The notes beneath the pieces are model-generated. The model worked only from the letters and a program-made list of their open reading frames with translations, did no database searches and was not told the DNA's origin. A stretch of DNA of 59,077 nt, counting the filler, from Sphacelaria rigidula (lineage: Eukaryota): assembly GCA_964200075.2 (NCBI GenBank). It is 8 parts of 8 records of this genome, joined end to end, with 100 filler letters (N's around TTAATTAATTAA, not from the genome) between each part and the next. Parts side by side here need not be neighbours in the genome. Positions count along the whole stretch, not along the records: positions 22,195 to 29,491 come from CAXNAA020015570.1; positions 29,592 to 36,888 come from CAXNAA020015571.1; 6 more parts are not named here. One strand, 5' to 3'. Numbering within the stretch: position 1 is the stretch's first letter; each line of letters starts with the position of its first letter. Shown piece after piece: positions 23,598 to 34,300 of the stretch. The translations under genes and the position numbers were made by a program.

Positions 23598-23744
23598 ATA
23601 TGATTATTATGATCATTATGATTATTATGATGATTATTATTATTATTACGATTATTTATGAGGTTATTATGATTATGACTATGACCATGATTATTATTAC
23701 GATTATGATCATCATTATTAGCATCATTATTATTACTGTTATTG
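23598..23744. repeat. Degenerate (ATT/ATG/ATC)n microsatellite
   Basis: Direct reading of the sequence; produces a spurious poly-Ile/Met ORF. Confidence 0.9.
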
Positions 23745-24112
23745 CCGCACATTGGCCCGATCCTGAAGGCCACCCTATTTCCTTTTCACGTCCTCACGTG
23801 TTCGAGGACGGAAATCAGACACTCCTCAGAGAAGAAACAACACTTTCAATCTGCCAGCAACGAAGCCCGCATTCGTCCAACCTAATTGGTTTCAGGTGTA
23901 CGCCAGTTCAGAAGAAGCAACGGGGCCCAGTGGCATTTTGTGTTCCCGTGTGTATCCATCTTGGGTGCTACAATACATCCATCTTGATTACAACAGCTGG
24001 GTTCGTAGCGGATCAGTAATGTATGACAATCGATCAATCAATCTATGCCAGTCATCATCCAATATTCTATACAGCACAACATTCTACATCGAAAGTACGT
24101 TCTTTTTTTATC

Positions 24113-24440
24113 GGGGGGGGCGGGGGCGTACTAATTTGTTGCTTGCCTTAGTCGTTTGACCACTGACCAACCATCCCTTTCGAGGCGAAGCACCGCTCTT
24201 ACTCCTAACAGAGACACCATCAACATTTGGGTGCTCATTCCGTCTCTTCCATACCTTCCACAAAAACATTTTACATATCTTACCCTCGTCCTGTTTCACC
24301 GTCTGTGACCACCATCCATCTCCTATTTAACATCGGTTTTTCGGTACTTCGGTTTGGGGGGGGCGTACTCATTTGTTGCTTGCCTTAGTCGTTTGACCAT
24401 TGACCACGCATCCCTTTCGAGACGGAGCAGGGGGGGGGGA
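24113..24440. repeat. Two direct copies (about 24113-24186 and 24355-24440) of a ~70-bp dispersed repeat; third copy inverted at about 29423-29491
   Basis: Shared GTTGCTTGCCTTAGTCGTTTGACCA(C/T)TGACCA...CATCCCTTTCGAG. Confidence 0.8.
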
Positions 24441-26098
24441 GGGGTATTACTGTACAACGAGACCTTTCAGAGAAAGATACCTCCAAAAAAGCGCGGAATA
24501 TAAAGGAAGCGCAATCCAGGCGTTCCGAAAAATAATATGCTTTTTTCACTCAGAGTGTGATGATCGTTGCATGAGACGGCTGGAAATGCTCCGCAAATGA
24601 ATGGGGCGGATGTCAAAGCGTTCGAACAAGGGTTCCCGATTTTTGCGGTAGGTACGCCCCGATCGTGTCAACATGACAGCACAGGGCAGGGGCTCAAAGA
24701 GAAGAAATATGATGCAAACAGAACCGAGCGCCCAGTGCTGCACGTACGCACGCACTCATGGTAGTCTGTCTCTCTCCCCCGCCTGAAAGATTGATCAATT
24801 CGTCCTGGCAGGAGGAGAGAATACATGTATGCGCACATGTAGCACTGAGGGTGTATCCCGCGCGAAGTTTTCAGTGCTGTAACGTCCACCAACTTCACGA
24901 TCGTTCTATTGACGTCCGACATACACACACATATATACAGGTCGAGATTATTTAGATGTGTTACTTTACTTGTAACTGTTGCGCTATACCCGTCCATATG
25001 CTTTTAAACGTAGGCTGAAATCTCAGACCTGCTTCGGACTTGTCGTCGCCGTCGCCGTCGCGGCTTACGCACGTCCAACGCCCCATCTTCAAGGTAGCCG
25101 CAGGCCTTCCCGAAGCAAGCACCACTCGCGCCCCTACCGTTTCCTGCTGTTGAGCTACGGTAGCCGCGCTGCTCCACTTTCGCACGGGACATGCCTTCAC
25201 CACCGCAGTCCCTTCTTCTCCCGTCCCGCACGATGGACTCAGGTGATTCCTCTCGAAAACCGTCGTTTCCACCTGAGTCGTTCATTGATTGATACGAGGG
25301 GGTGGTATCAAACGAGCATTTCCATGGAGCTGCTGTCTCGAGGCTGATGTTCCAGCATTCCCTCAGTGTAGCTTTGAAAAGGTGGAGTCGTTCTGACGAC
25401 ACGGAACTTCGGAGCAGTATTTCAACTGAGCAGGAGGTTCAAGTAACATTCAAGTGTTGTAATTCCATGGGACTGATTGCTCATAGGGGAATCATGTACC
25501 TGGATTGGTTGATTGACTACTCGATTAGTTGGTTGATTGATATATTGATTGATTGACCGTCGCACACAACTCATCCACGAGGGATTAGGGGCAGTCATTA
25601 TCCACAAGATGCAAATACCCAATAGCATGAACAAATATGAAAAAAAACACTGAATCGCCGAACGAAACTCGAGAGAGAGGGATAGCATCACCGGGAATAT
25701 CTTGAGAAATCCAACCTGTCTGGCAGCATGGTGCCACGACGTGAAAGAGCACTGCCGACCGGCCGTGAAAGCGGAGATAATGCGTCTTCCTTGAGGGAAA
25801 GGAGTGCAGGGGGAGTGTACTCATGAACTTGCATGCCGCAGTCATATGAACGATGACCTCGCGCTCCTACAAAGCCGGGATGGAGCACGCCGGGTTTCCC
25901 CCGGAGGGGGGAGGGGGGGGGGGGGGCGGAACTACAATTTTTCATACTCTAGAACCCAAAAACCTAAAAAAGGGGGGCCAAGAAAGCCAGGGTTTTCGCT
26001 GGACTAGGCTTGCAATCAACAAGCAGCAATATGCCCGGCGAGTCGCATGGAAGGTGAACTGCATCCTACTAAGATTGTGGAGATCATGGGGGAGGAGG

Positions 26099-26437
26099 GT
26101 GTGTGTGTGTTGTGTTGTCGTCCCATCTATTCTGGACGCCGGTCTACACCTTTCGGTATATGTGGGCGCACCAGCCGGGGTCACAGGGGGAAGATCAACA
26201 GGATTTTTTTGTTTTTGTTTGTTTTAAGTACTCCACCTTCTTCTGCGGTGCTTCCCTATATTTTTTATCGCAAGAGGGGTTCGGCAGTCCCTTTCCCTCG
26301 TCGACCGTTCAGTTGAAGTTTGTGTACCCACGACGTAGTCGCTCTCCACTGCTGGGCATGGTGTGAGAAAAAATCCCAGATCGCTCCGAGATTTGAACCC
26401 ACGACCCAACCGTCAGAAGGTGTCGAGGTGGGCGACC
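26099..26437 (-). mobile_element. tRNA-derived SINE copy (A-box region deleted)
   Basis: B-box GGTTCAAATCT on the minus strand, conserved body, (AC)-rich tail. Confidence 0.85.
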
Positions 26438-27653
26438 GGGCTTGGGGAGGCAAAATCTTCACGTAGGTCGAAATGGGAAAAGCCGAGCACAACAAGCAGC
26501 AGGGGATTCCCACCCTTGGATTCATTCTCGCCAATGTTGTCTACATGAGGCGCTTCATCCAGCCTGAACCCAAACATCAGGCGCGGTATGACCATTTTTT
26601 TCGTGACACTTTTGGCCTGGTTTTGGGGGGGGGCTATCGTAGAAAGTGACGTTTCTTATTTTTTCGCCAGCGGGTGTTTCAGTTTTGCATCTATCGTGTG
26701 GCGAGTGGCTAGTGCTGGATCATGACTACCTAGGGGATCAGTTAAAGTGCGACAATCAATACTTAATTAGGCGTACCCAAGGTGAACGAAACGAGAGCGC
26801 TCGGTGAGAAAAAAATGTGGGAAAAACAACAGAAAGATATAACAAACAAAAGGAGTACACTGAGATAGATGCAAGAAACGACAATTTATATATGAGTGAA
26901 TGAATTGACATCATTCGCTTTTGTCCAATGAAATGAATGGATACACTAAGCTTTGATTTATCAATCATTAGCTCGTTACCAGTGAGGTGTTAGTCAGTAG
27001 TTGGCTCTTAGTTAAGCAATCAGTTAGTTGTTGATTATTAGCTATTACTCCCTCTGTCCGAAAATATACAGTAAAATCGGCTACGATATTCCAAATATGA
27101 GATTGGTTTTATCGTTGAGGAGATCACAAGAAGTATTTTTGCACCATTTTGGTTTTGCCGTGCTCCCATCGGTAAATAAATGGAAGATATGGCCCACAAC
27201 ATGGGATGGTAAATTTTCATCCCCTCCGAGTATTTTGTTTTCCTCTCCGGACGGATTTTCCCAAGATCTGGTCAGTAAGGAAACTCGAAAGTAGTTTTTT
27301 CTCCCGTATGGGGCGAAGACAAGTTTTTTTCCTCATTTCGTTTTTTATGCGTAGTCTTGGCTACATACATAGAGCATGCCGTACACCGACAATTTGATAA
27401 AAAAACGAATATCTTCCCTTTTGACCGGGAGCAAAACTACACGGTGCCAAAAATCGGCACCTTTGAAGCGAAAAAAACAGCACGAGGAAAAAAAAATGGA
27501 AAAAAAATGTGTTTTTTTCGAAGAAAAATGGATGTTTTAGATTATAAACGAACTCCCGCCCTAATTTTTCAATGACAAGTTGACTCACTAAGCATCTTGT
27601 CCGGACCGATCATATTTCCGGACAGAGGTAGTAGTTATTAGTTATCAGTGCCC

Positions 27654-27695
<42 letters not shown>

Positions 27696-27868
27696 CCCTC
27701 TCCTTTCTTTTTTTTTCTTTTCTTCTCTTCCCCGCCCCTTCCTNNNNNNNNNNCAAAACACTCCCAGCCGTTGATTGTTTTTATTTTTTTTCCGTTCCCC
27801 CCCCCCCCCCCCCCCCGTTTTCCCTCTTTCCCTTTTTTTTTCACTGCTTCCTTTTTTTCCCGCCGCAG

Positions 27869-27979
27869 TTGGGGCGCCGTGTACTTTCCCGAGAGCTGGA
27901 TGGAGTATAGATTGTATCTCGGCGCTAGGCTCCGTGAGGATCACATTTTGGTCAACATCCAGGATTCCAAGACGAACAG
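27869..27979 (+). CDS. Internal exon of a GT2-like putative glycosyltransferase (PCSWGAVxFP...W...SRTNxW family)
   Basis: Polypyrimidine tract plus CGCAG| acceptor and |GTGCGT donor, 111 nt, phase 2-2. Encodes (S)WGAVYFPESWMEYRLYLGARLREDHILVNIQDSKTN(R), matching the recalled CSWGAVFFPxxWREF...IPxSRTNGW block of plant/fungal GT2-like proteins. Confidence 0.75.
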
Positions 27980-28268
27980 GTGCGTCCATGACTTGGATTG
28001 TTGTTTCGTCCTATGTGGCCTGTTTTATGACGGGATGTTACGAATTAAGGATGGACTATCCGTTCAAGACGAACCTTGGGATTTTTCATAAGCATGCAAA
28101 TATCCTCGAAGACGGAAATGCAAGGGCACTATCCGGTGGTGATGTGTGGCCTCGCTCATCCGAAGTTGGTTCTTTGGCGATGTGTGAAATCCCGTGTTGA
28201 CAGGGGATTGTGACAAGAAATAATATTTTTTGGACGGAATGAACGGAGATCAAAATTTGTTCGGTATT

Positions 28269-28630
28269 TGTGTGTGTTGTGTTGTCGTCCCATTTATTCT
28301 GGACGCTGGTCTACACCCTCGGGTATATGTGGGCGCCCCAGCCGGGGTCACATAGGAGGAAGGCCAACACAGAAGGTTTTTATTTTTCATTTTTTTTATT
28401 TCTTCACCTTCCTCCTGCGATGCTTGCCTTTATTTTTTAATCACGAGAGGGGATCAGCACTCCCTTTCCCTCGCCGACCGTCAAGTCGAATTTTGTGTAC
28501 ACACGAAACTGTCGCTGCCCAATGCTGGGCAATGTGTGAGAAAAAATACCATATCGCTCCCGAGATTTGAACCCACGACCCAGCCGTCAGAAGGTGTCGA
28601 GGTTCCCAACTGAGCCAACGGGACGACCGG
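28269..28630 (-). mobile_element. Near full-length tRNA-derived SINE
   Basis: Minus-strand head with A-box TGGCTCAGTTGG, loop CTTCTGA and B-box GGTTCAAATCT, followed by a ~280-bp body and an ACAAC/AC tail. Confidence 0.9.
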
Positions 28631-29491
28631 TCTGGAATAAACACGTTTTTTTTTTTTTTAATGGATAGGCTTTTTTTGAGGGTTAGGGAGGCCACACATC
28701 ACGGCCGGAGAGTGCCTTCAGTTCGAAAATAGTTCGATTCTTGTGGAAGGTTCCCAAGGTCCATCCTCAGAAAATGAATCCCATCCTCATTTTTTTTTTA
28801 ATCCCATGTCTTCTTGTGTTGAATGAGTTTGTGCCGGGATATTTCAGATCTTATGGCTCTGTTTTTTGTTTTGTTTTTTTCATTTTGCGTCCAGGCCACC
28901 GCGCCCCGCTTGTCTATGTTGTTCACCTCGAGGATAGTTGTGACGGCGTGTGGGGGGTTCGGTTCCCCCAGCAGCAGATGCAGTTATACTTTACGGGCGC
29001 TGCATCGTATTTTCCGTCGTTAGCAACACGCGAGGATGTCTGCGTAGTGAAGAAAAGTCGCAAGGTTGCGTTGTGTAGGGTATGCTCGGAATGTGGGGGA
29101 TTTTGGGAAGGTTTTTGTTTCAAAAGTCTCTCGCAGGATTCGCAAAACTTACGCGTTCTTGTTTTCGGTCTTCCACACTGAAATCGAGGAATTGAACGCC
29201 TCGGCGGGGTTTCCGCTTCAAAATGGCCCCCTTTTGAACAAGGCGCATATTTTTTTGGGGGGAGAAATGCGTGAGAAACAAAAACCTAATTTTTCGAGCT
29301 CGGAAATGGTTTGCCTAACCATTAACCAGATGAATGGTTACGCGTAGCGGACTCATTAATCAGTGAAGTCGTACATGATGGTTTGGTGATCGAGCGGCGC
29401 AGCCGCGAGCCAAATTTCCCTCCCACCCCCCCCCATGCTCCGTCTCAAAAGGGATGCGTGGTCAATGGTCAAATGACTAAGGCAAGCAACA

Positions 29492-29591
29492 NNNNNNNNN
29501 NNNNNNNNNNNNNNNNNNNNNNNNNNNNNNNNNNNTTAATTAATTAANNNNNNNNNNNNNNNNNNNNNNNNNNNNNNNNNNNNNNNNNNNN
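29492..29591. other. Artificial contig spacer
   Basis: N44-TTAATTAATTAA-N44. Confidence 0.98.
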
Positions 29592-29889
29592 TGAGTGGCG
29601 TGTTTATAGCGTCATCGCCAAGCGACGCCAACCCCATCGGGGGTCCGCCCCTACCAGGCATTTTGGGCCACTTCTTGCACGAAATTCCAATGCAAACCGC
29701 CGCTGGAATCACCAACGGTTGCTCGAACGAGCTTGTTATAGACACATAACCCTCATTCATACCGGTTGACACCGTTTTGAACCAAATACAAGCGCATCGC
29801 GAGTATTGCAGGTCATCTGACACACTTATCAGCCTTTTTTTTCGTGCAATAAAACATCCCTCCCCCCTATCGTAGGATGACTCCTCACA

Positions 29890-31343
29890 TGTGACGCCAC
29901 GCTGGGATAACCAGCTATACCTCGCGCAGGATGCTGGGCTTGATCAGCAGCTTTGGTTTCACCCGCCGCTGCTGTCGCCTCGCTCCTCGTGGTTGCCCCC
30001 ACCGATGATGAACGCGTGCGACCGGACTGCTGCTGGCGGCTTCTGGAACGGGTCTCATGGGGCTTCTTCTCGGTGTCGATTGTTAGATGTCACAGATAGC
30101 ACTGAGCAAAACACTCAGCGCTGACCGTTTAGCTCAGTGATATCTGTGACATCTAACAAAAGCTAATCCGGGAACCTAAAAGAAGGAAATCCCGAGGCTC
30201 TGGGGTTAGAACCCCGGGATAAGCTTTGTTAGATGTCACAGGTACCACTGAGCTCAACAGTCAGCGCAACTGTTGAGCTCAGTGGTACCTGTGACATCTA
30301 ACATCGATCTGGCAGCTGGTTGTGACAGGTCTACTTCAGAAAACGTTTCTCGGGGTTAGTTTCCGTGGGGCGTTCAATCCGTGAAGGATACCAGAAACCT
30401 CCGGATGAGTCAAGGAGACGATGGCGCGCGTAGAGCGCGTCCACTCGATGAACTTCGTACCGTCGGACTTGCTGATGCTCTTGAAATATTCAACTGCCTC
30501 AGGTTCGTTAAAAGCGTTCTTTTTCATATCTTTCACACCTGTAGATCTTTTGAAAATATCTGGATTCTTCATCTTCCGGCTATCGCCGCTGAGACGACCT
30601 TAAAGTGACGTCTCCTCGCTCGTGCTGACCGACGTAGTCTCGAATCGAAGGCTGATAACCTGATGACCTACGTGATCGCGGATCGAAAGCGAATAACCTG
30701 TTGGAGGTGTTGGCTCGTGTGGCGCTGTCTCACTAGACAGAATAGCAGAGGTTCGCACAGTAGCTGTTAAGCTACCTTGCGATGGGCAGCGAAAAAGAAG
30801 AAAAATCAATCGTTTTTCTGTGGCGCTTTTCGGCCAAAATCAAACCAAACAGCCTCTTTTTCACGCAGAGGGCGGAAGAAAAAGCTGGGTAAGCTTGGGA
30901 GAGTGAAAGTGGTGGCGATCGAGATCAAGCCTCAACGCTCATCACTTTCTGGAGCAAAACCAATTGTGCACACGTACGTCTAACGAAGATATATAAGTTG
31001 GTTCAACTACCACACTGCTGCTGACGCGGTAGCCTTGCCAGCTCTTAGCTTAGATCAACTCCAATCTCAAACACAAAATATTCTTCAGCTTACGTGGTCT
31101 AGATACTCTGCTAGAAGAGTATCTTTCTGCGCCGAATCATGGCAACATGCCTACTCCAGTAACATCCTACTTGAAACGTTACTAGGACAAGTAAACACTG
31201 AATTACAACAAAAGAGGTTCTCCATGAAAAAAATACGCGGTTCGTGATTTTCGCGAACCGTCATAAGTTGTGCCGCCTATCTTTGTAGCGACGATTTCAT
31301 TCAAACGCAATGAATATAGAATGCATCATCTAGATTTTCAACA
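29890..31343 (-). mobile_element. 5' remnant of a Ty1/Copia element: candidate LTR (30699-31343), PBS and gag N-terminus
   Basis: Minus strand ...CTCCAACA|GGTTATTCGC and a second ...CA|GGTTATCAGCC (Copia-type PBS). TGTTG...CAACA candidate LTR ends. ORF 30336..30572 reads DGTKFIEWTRSTRAIVSLTHPEVSGILHG, like Copia gag N-termini. The outer LTR boundary is uncertain. Confidence 0.6.
30081..30303. mobile_element. 223-bp double-hairpin non-autonomous element, TGT...ACA ends, 5-bp TSD TCGAT
   Basis: Two palindromic units (30081-30158 and 30227-30303, the second with perfect 35-bp arms and a 7-nt loop) around a 68-bp spacer; TCGAT at 30076-30080 and 30304-30308. Confidence 0.85.
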
Positions 31344-31979
31344 GGTTGCACTTGGCTTGGGATGGACTGTGCCCACGGAGACCCAGAAACTGGGACCGTC
31401 CGTCGAGGAGGCGGAGGAACGGCCGGTTATGAAAGCAGTGGGCCGGGAACAGTAGGTACATTCACCTGCGGTGTTCCTGCCCCGTGAAAGTACGCGCTTG
31501 AAGCGGAAGGCGTTCCTAACTGAATCTGGTTTACCGGTCAAGCAGCTTGCTGCTGTAGGCTCAGAGGAGGAGGCATAAAAACTGCTGCTGTTAAGGAGGC
31601 GCAGAAAACTGCATGGACTTGTCCAACACTCGAAGCCGGAGACTTCTGTTCCGCCGGATGAAAGGACTGAGCCCGAGGATTGAGAGTGCTTTCACTAATA
31701 TTCGCCTATTTTGAAATAATTCACTATGTGATACGTGAAATCGTTGAGTGCTTGCACGCGCAAATCCATGATTGTAAGCGACGAACTGAATCAAGGTAAC
31801 AGCACTGATCGAAAGAAGTGACAGAGTGCACATTGTTTTTTCATTACAACGGCAGTAAGGCAAACGGAGAGACAAACGGAGTTGTACAACGAACAAGTAC
31901 CCAGAGGAACCTCAGTAAGGGAGGAGGAAGATGCAAGCATATAAATCGCACCAGATAATCGAGAAGAACAACGGACAAA

Positions 31980-32187
31980 TGTGGGGAACGAGCGAAGGGA
32001 ACAGCATAGGGCCGAATAAGGCATGTACAAGTGTGAGGAACGATCGAATGGGACAACATAGGACCAAACAAGGTACAGAAAAATGTGAGAAACGAGCGAA
32101 GGGGACAGTATAGGACCGAACAAGGCATATGCAAGTGTGAGGAACGATAAAATGAAACAGCATAGGGCCGAGCAAGGCATGTACAAG
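31980..32187. repeat. Minisatellite, 4 x 52 bp
   Basis: Units start at 31980, 32032, 32084 and 32136 (TGTGAGGAACGA...ATAGGRCC...CAAGGCAT...). Confidence 0.9.
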
Positions 32188-32449
32188 CGTGTGCATATCG
32201 CGTCACATGAGTGCATCGTCTCGACCACAGTAGAGTACGATTTCTTGAATTTTGAACCCTGTTAGCCTATTCGGACACGCGCATGGTCTCGACGTCTTGG
32301 GCCCTCGTCTTCGTTCATCTTTGATATATGGGGTAGTATCCTGCCTATGTTCGATGCATGGTGCAATTATGCTTCTTTTTTTAACCTTAATAAGCTGTTC
32401 GGACACGCGCATGTAGGCTGTCGACTTTGGCACATTCGTATTGCCCATA

Positions 32450-34300
32450 TCATGCAAGCATCTTTTCAGCGGCAGAAATCGTGACCGACTACTAGATGTT
32501 CGTCACAGGTTTCAGTATTATTGGCATATTCAGTATCGCCCGATGTTCGGAGCTATCACACGGGGGTGCGTCAATGTTTGTCAGCATCATGCAAGCACCT
32601 TTTCAGACAGCAGTGATCGTCAGCGATCGATCGTTGTAGGCATCACGTTGTAGGCATAAGAGGTCACAGCCAAAAACTGAACAAGGTTGCCGCACTTCCC
32701 GATATGACCACCATGCCACGAGATATTTCTTCACTAGCTACTTGCTAGAAGGCCTGAGACACTACTGGTAGTACTTGTCAAAGCTAGCCCAAATTCTGAA
32801 ACCTCTCATCGCCGTCCTCAAGAAAGGGGTGGAACTCGTGTTCACGTCGGAAACGGAGGAAATCGTATGTAGACCGCTTGACACTCTTTTGCGAGCACTG
32901 GTCCCGGTCTTTCCAGACTGGTCGGCCGCGGAGAATGTTTCACGCCTTTGACTTCACACGGATTCCTCCAAGATTGGGATTGGCTGCACCTTGGAACAAG
33001 AGCAAGAAGACGCTAGTGTTGGCCCCATGGTATATCTGAGTCGAACCAGTGTCCGAAACGAACAGAACTGGTCGTTCATGGAACACGAGGCCGGCGCATC
33101 TGTTTGGGGCGTGCGGCGTCTCCGTCAGTACCCGTATGACATTCTATTTTTGATTTATAAACATCATTAGTGTTTGCAAATCCTTGCCAAGATGACGGAA
33201 CACAACGTAAGGATATAAAGCTGGTTCGAAATCCTGCCGTCTTACAACGTTAAGTTGAAATGCCGAACAAGATCCCAAAATGCAAACTCCGACCTTTTGT
33301 CTCGGTTGCCCATACGGGCTGAACCTATTGATGATCCCGCCGTGGGATACATCGCGGATCCCACCGAAGACATCGTATATCTCACCAGCAGGAATGGTTA
33401 TAGAGGTAACTACACACCACTCTCATTGATTTACACGCCGACGTTTGGTATGGCTGGGCTGACAATTACAGCTGATGCTGCGGTACTAGGCATTCTTCAA
33501 CCTCAGTCGTTTTACTCAGTCTGGAGTGGGGTGCTTGCAAACACCAGTGGCTGTGATTATTTCCATGCGACTGGCCAACGCATGGTGGTGGCATCAGATG
33601 TAGAACCGTCTTGCACTGACTTCGTTCTCCAGGTTCAAGTTCGAGAATAGAATTCGAGAAGAACTCGTGGACGACGTGCCGCCCAGACGGCCGCCAACCT
33701 GGCAGTCTCCGGTGCTGACTTTCTCATTCTTATCCGCATTCTGCTACCTGAGAGTTCCCTCGCGCCTCCTCGACCCCCGCGGCCTAAAATATCTGAAAAT
33801 CGACCCCAACCACGACATCGCTGTCCCCGATAACCGAAGCTCCGGCTGTGCCCCCCCTTTCCCGCTGATGGTGTTACCAACGATACCACACCGCCCGATA
33901 CGCCAATCGACGTAGAAGTAGATGACAACGTTACACCTTCAGATGCACTACCTGGTGGTCCCACTCCTGATCCGAATATCGATGCTTCGTGTCAGCAGGA
34001 CCACGACCCGAATCAATGCGCAGTGGACGCTCTATCAGAAAGTGTCTTGAAGGAAGAAATGGTTCTACTCTCCCACGTCGATTTAGCCCGGAAACAACAA
34101 GCAGAACCTACTTGTTGAGCGGCTGTACATTATCTATCCAAAGGATGCCCGTCTCTATTCTCAGAAACTAAACTCCTCTTGCCCGTCGGCAACCACAAGA
34201 CCCCACTCAGGGTAATGTTACTGAAATATCGCGAGAAGGTATGCTTTAGACAAATAATGGTGATGGTGTCATTCTTTTAGTTCGCAGCCCACACCTTCGA
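32450..34300 (+). mobile_element. Decayed Ty3/Gypsy pol (end of RT, RNase H, linker)
   Basis: 32780-33310 translates to KLAQILKPLIAVLKKG...FPDWSAAEN...LHTDSSKIGIGCTLEQEQED...YLSRTSVRNEQNWSFMEHEAGASVWGVRRLRQY...QNANSDLLSRLP with several stops. Boundaries are approximate. Confidence 0.85.

Noticed and set aside
23794-23825. Fic/Doc motif HVFEDGNQT (and HANILEDGNAR near 28093)
   Set aside because: It lacks the conserved Arg, has no surrounding Fic helices or splice support, and lies in an ORF driven by a microsatellite; likely chance.
25029-25272. GC-rich candidate exon
   Set aside because: Plausible splice sites exist on both strands but there is no recognisable protein, so strand and frame cannot be assigned.
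28555-28630. tRNA gene
   Set aside because: It is the head of a multi-copy SINE joined to a ~280-bp body, with poor acceptor-stem pairing.
31980-32187. CRISPR-like array or repeat protein
   Set aside because: Whole 52-bp units are homologous with no unique spacers, and 52 is not a multiple of 3; it is an ordinary minisatellite.
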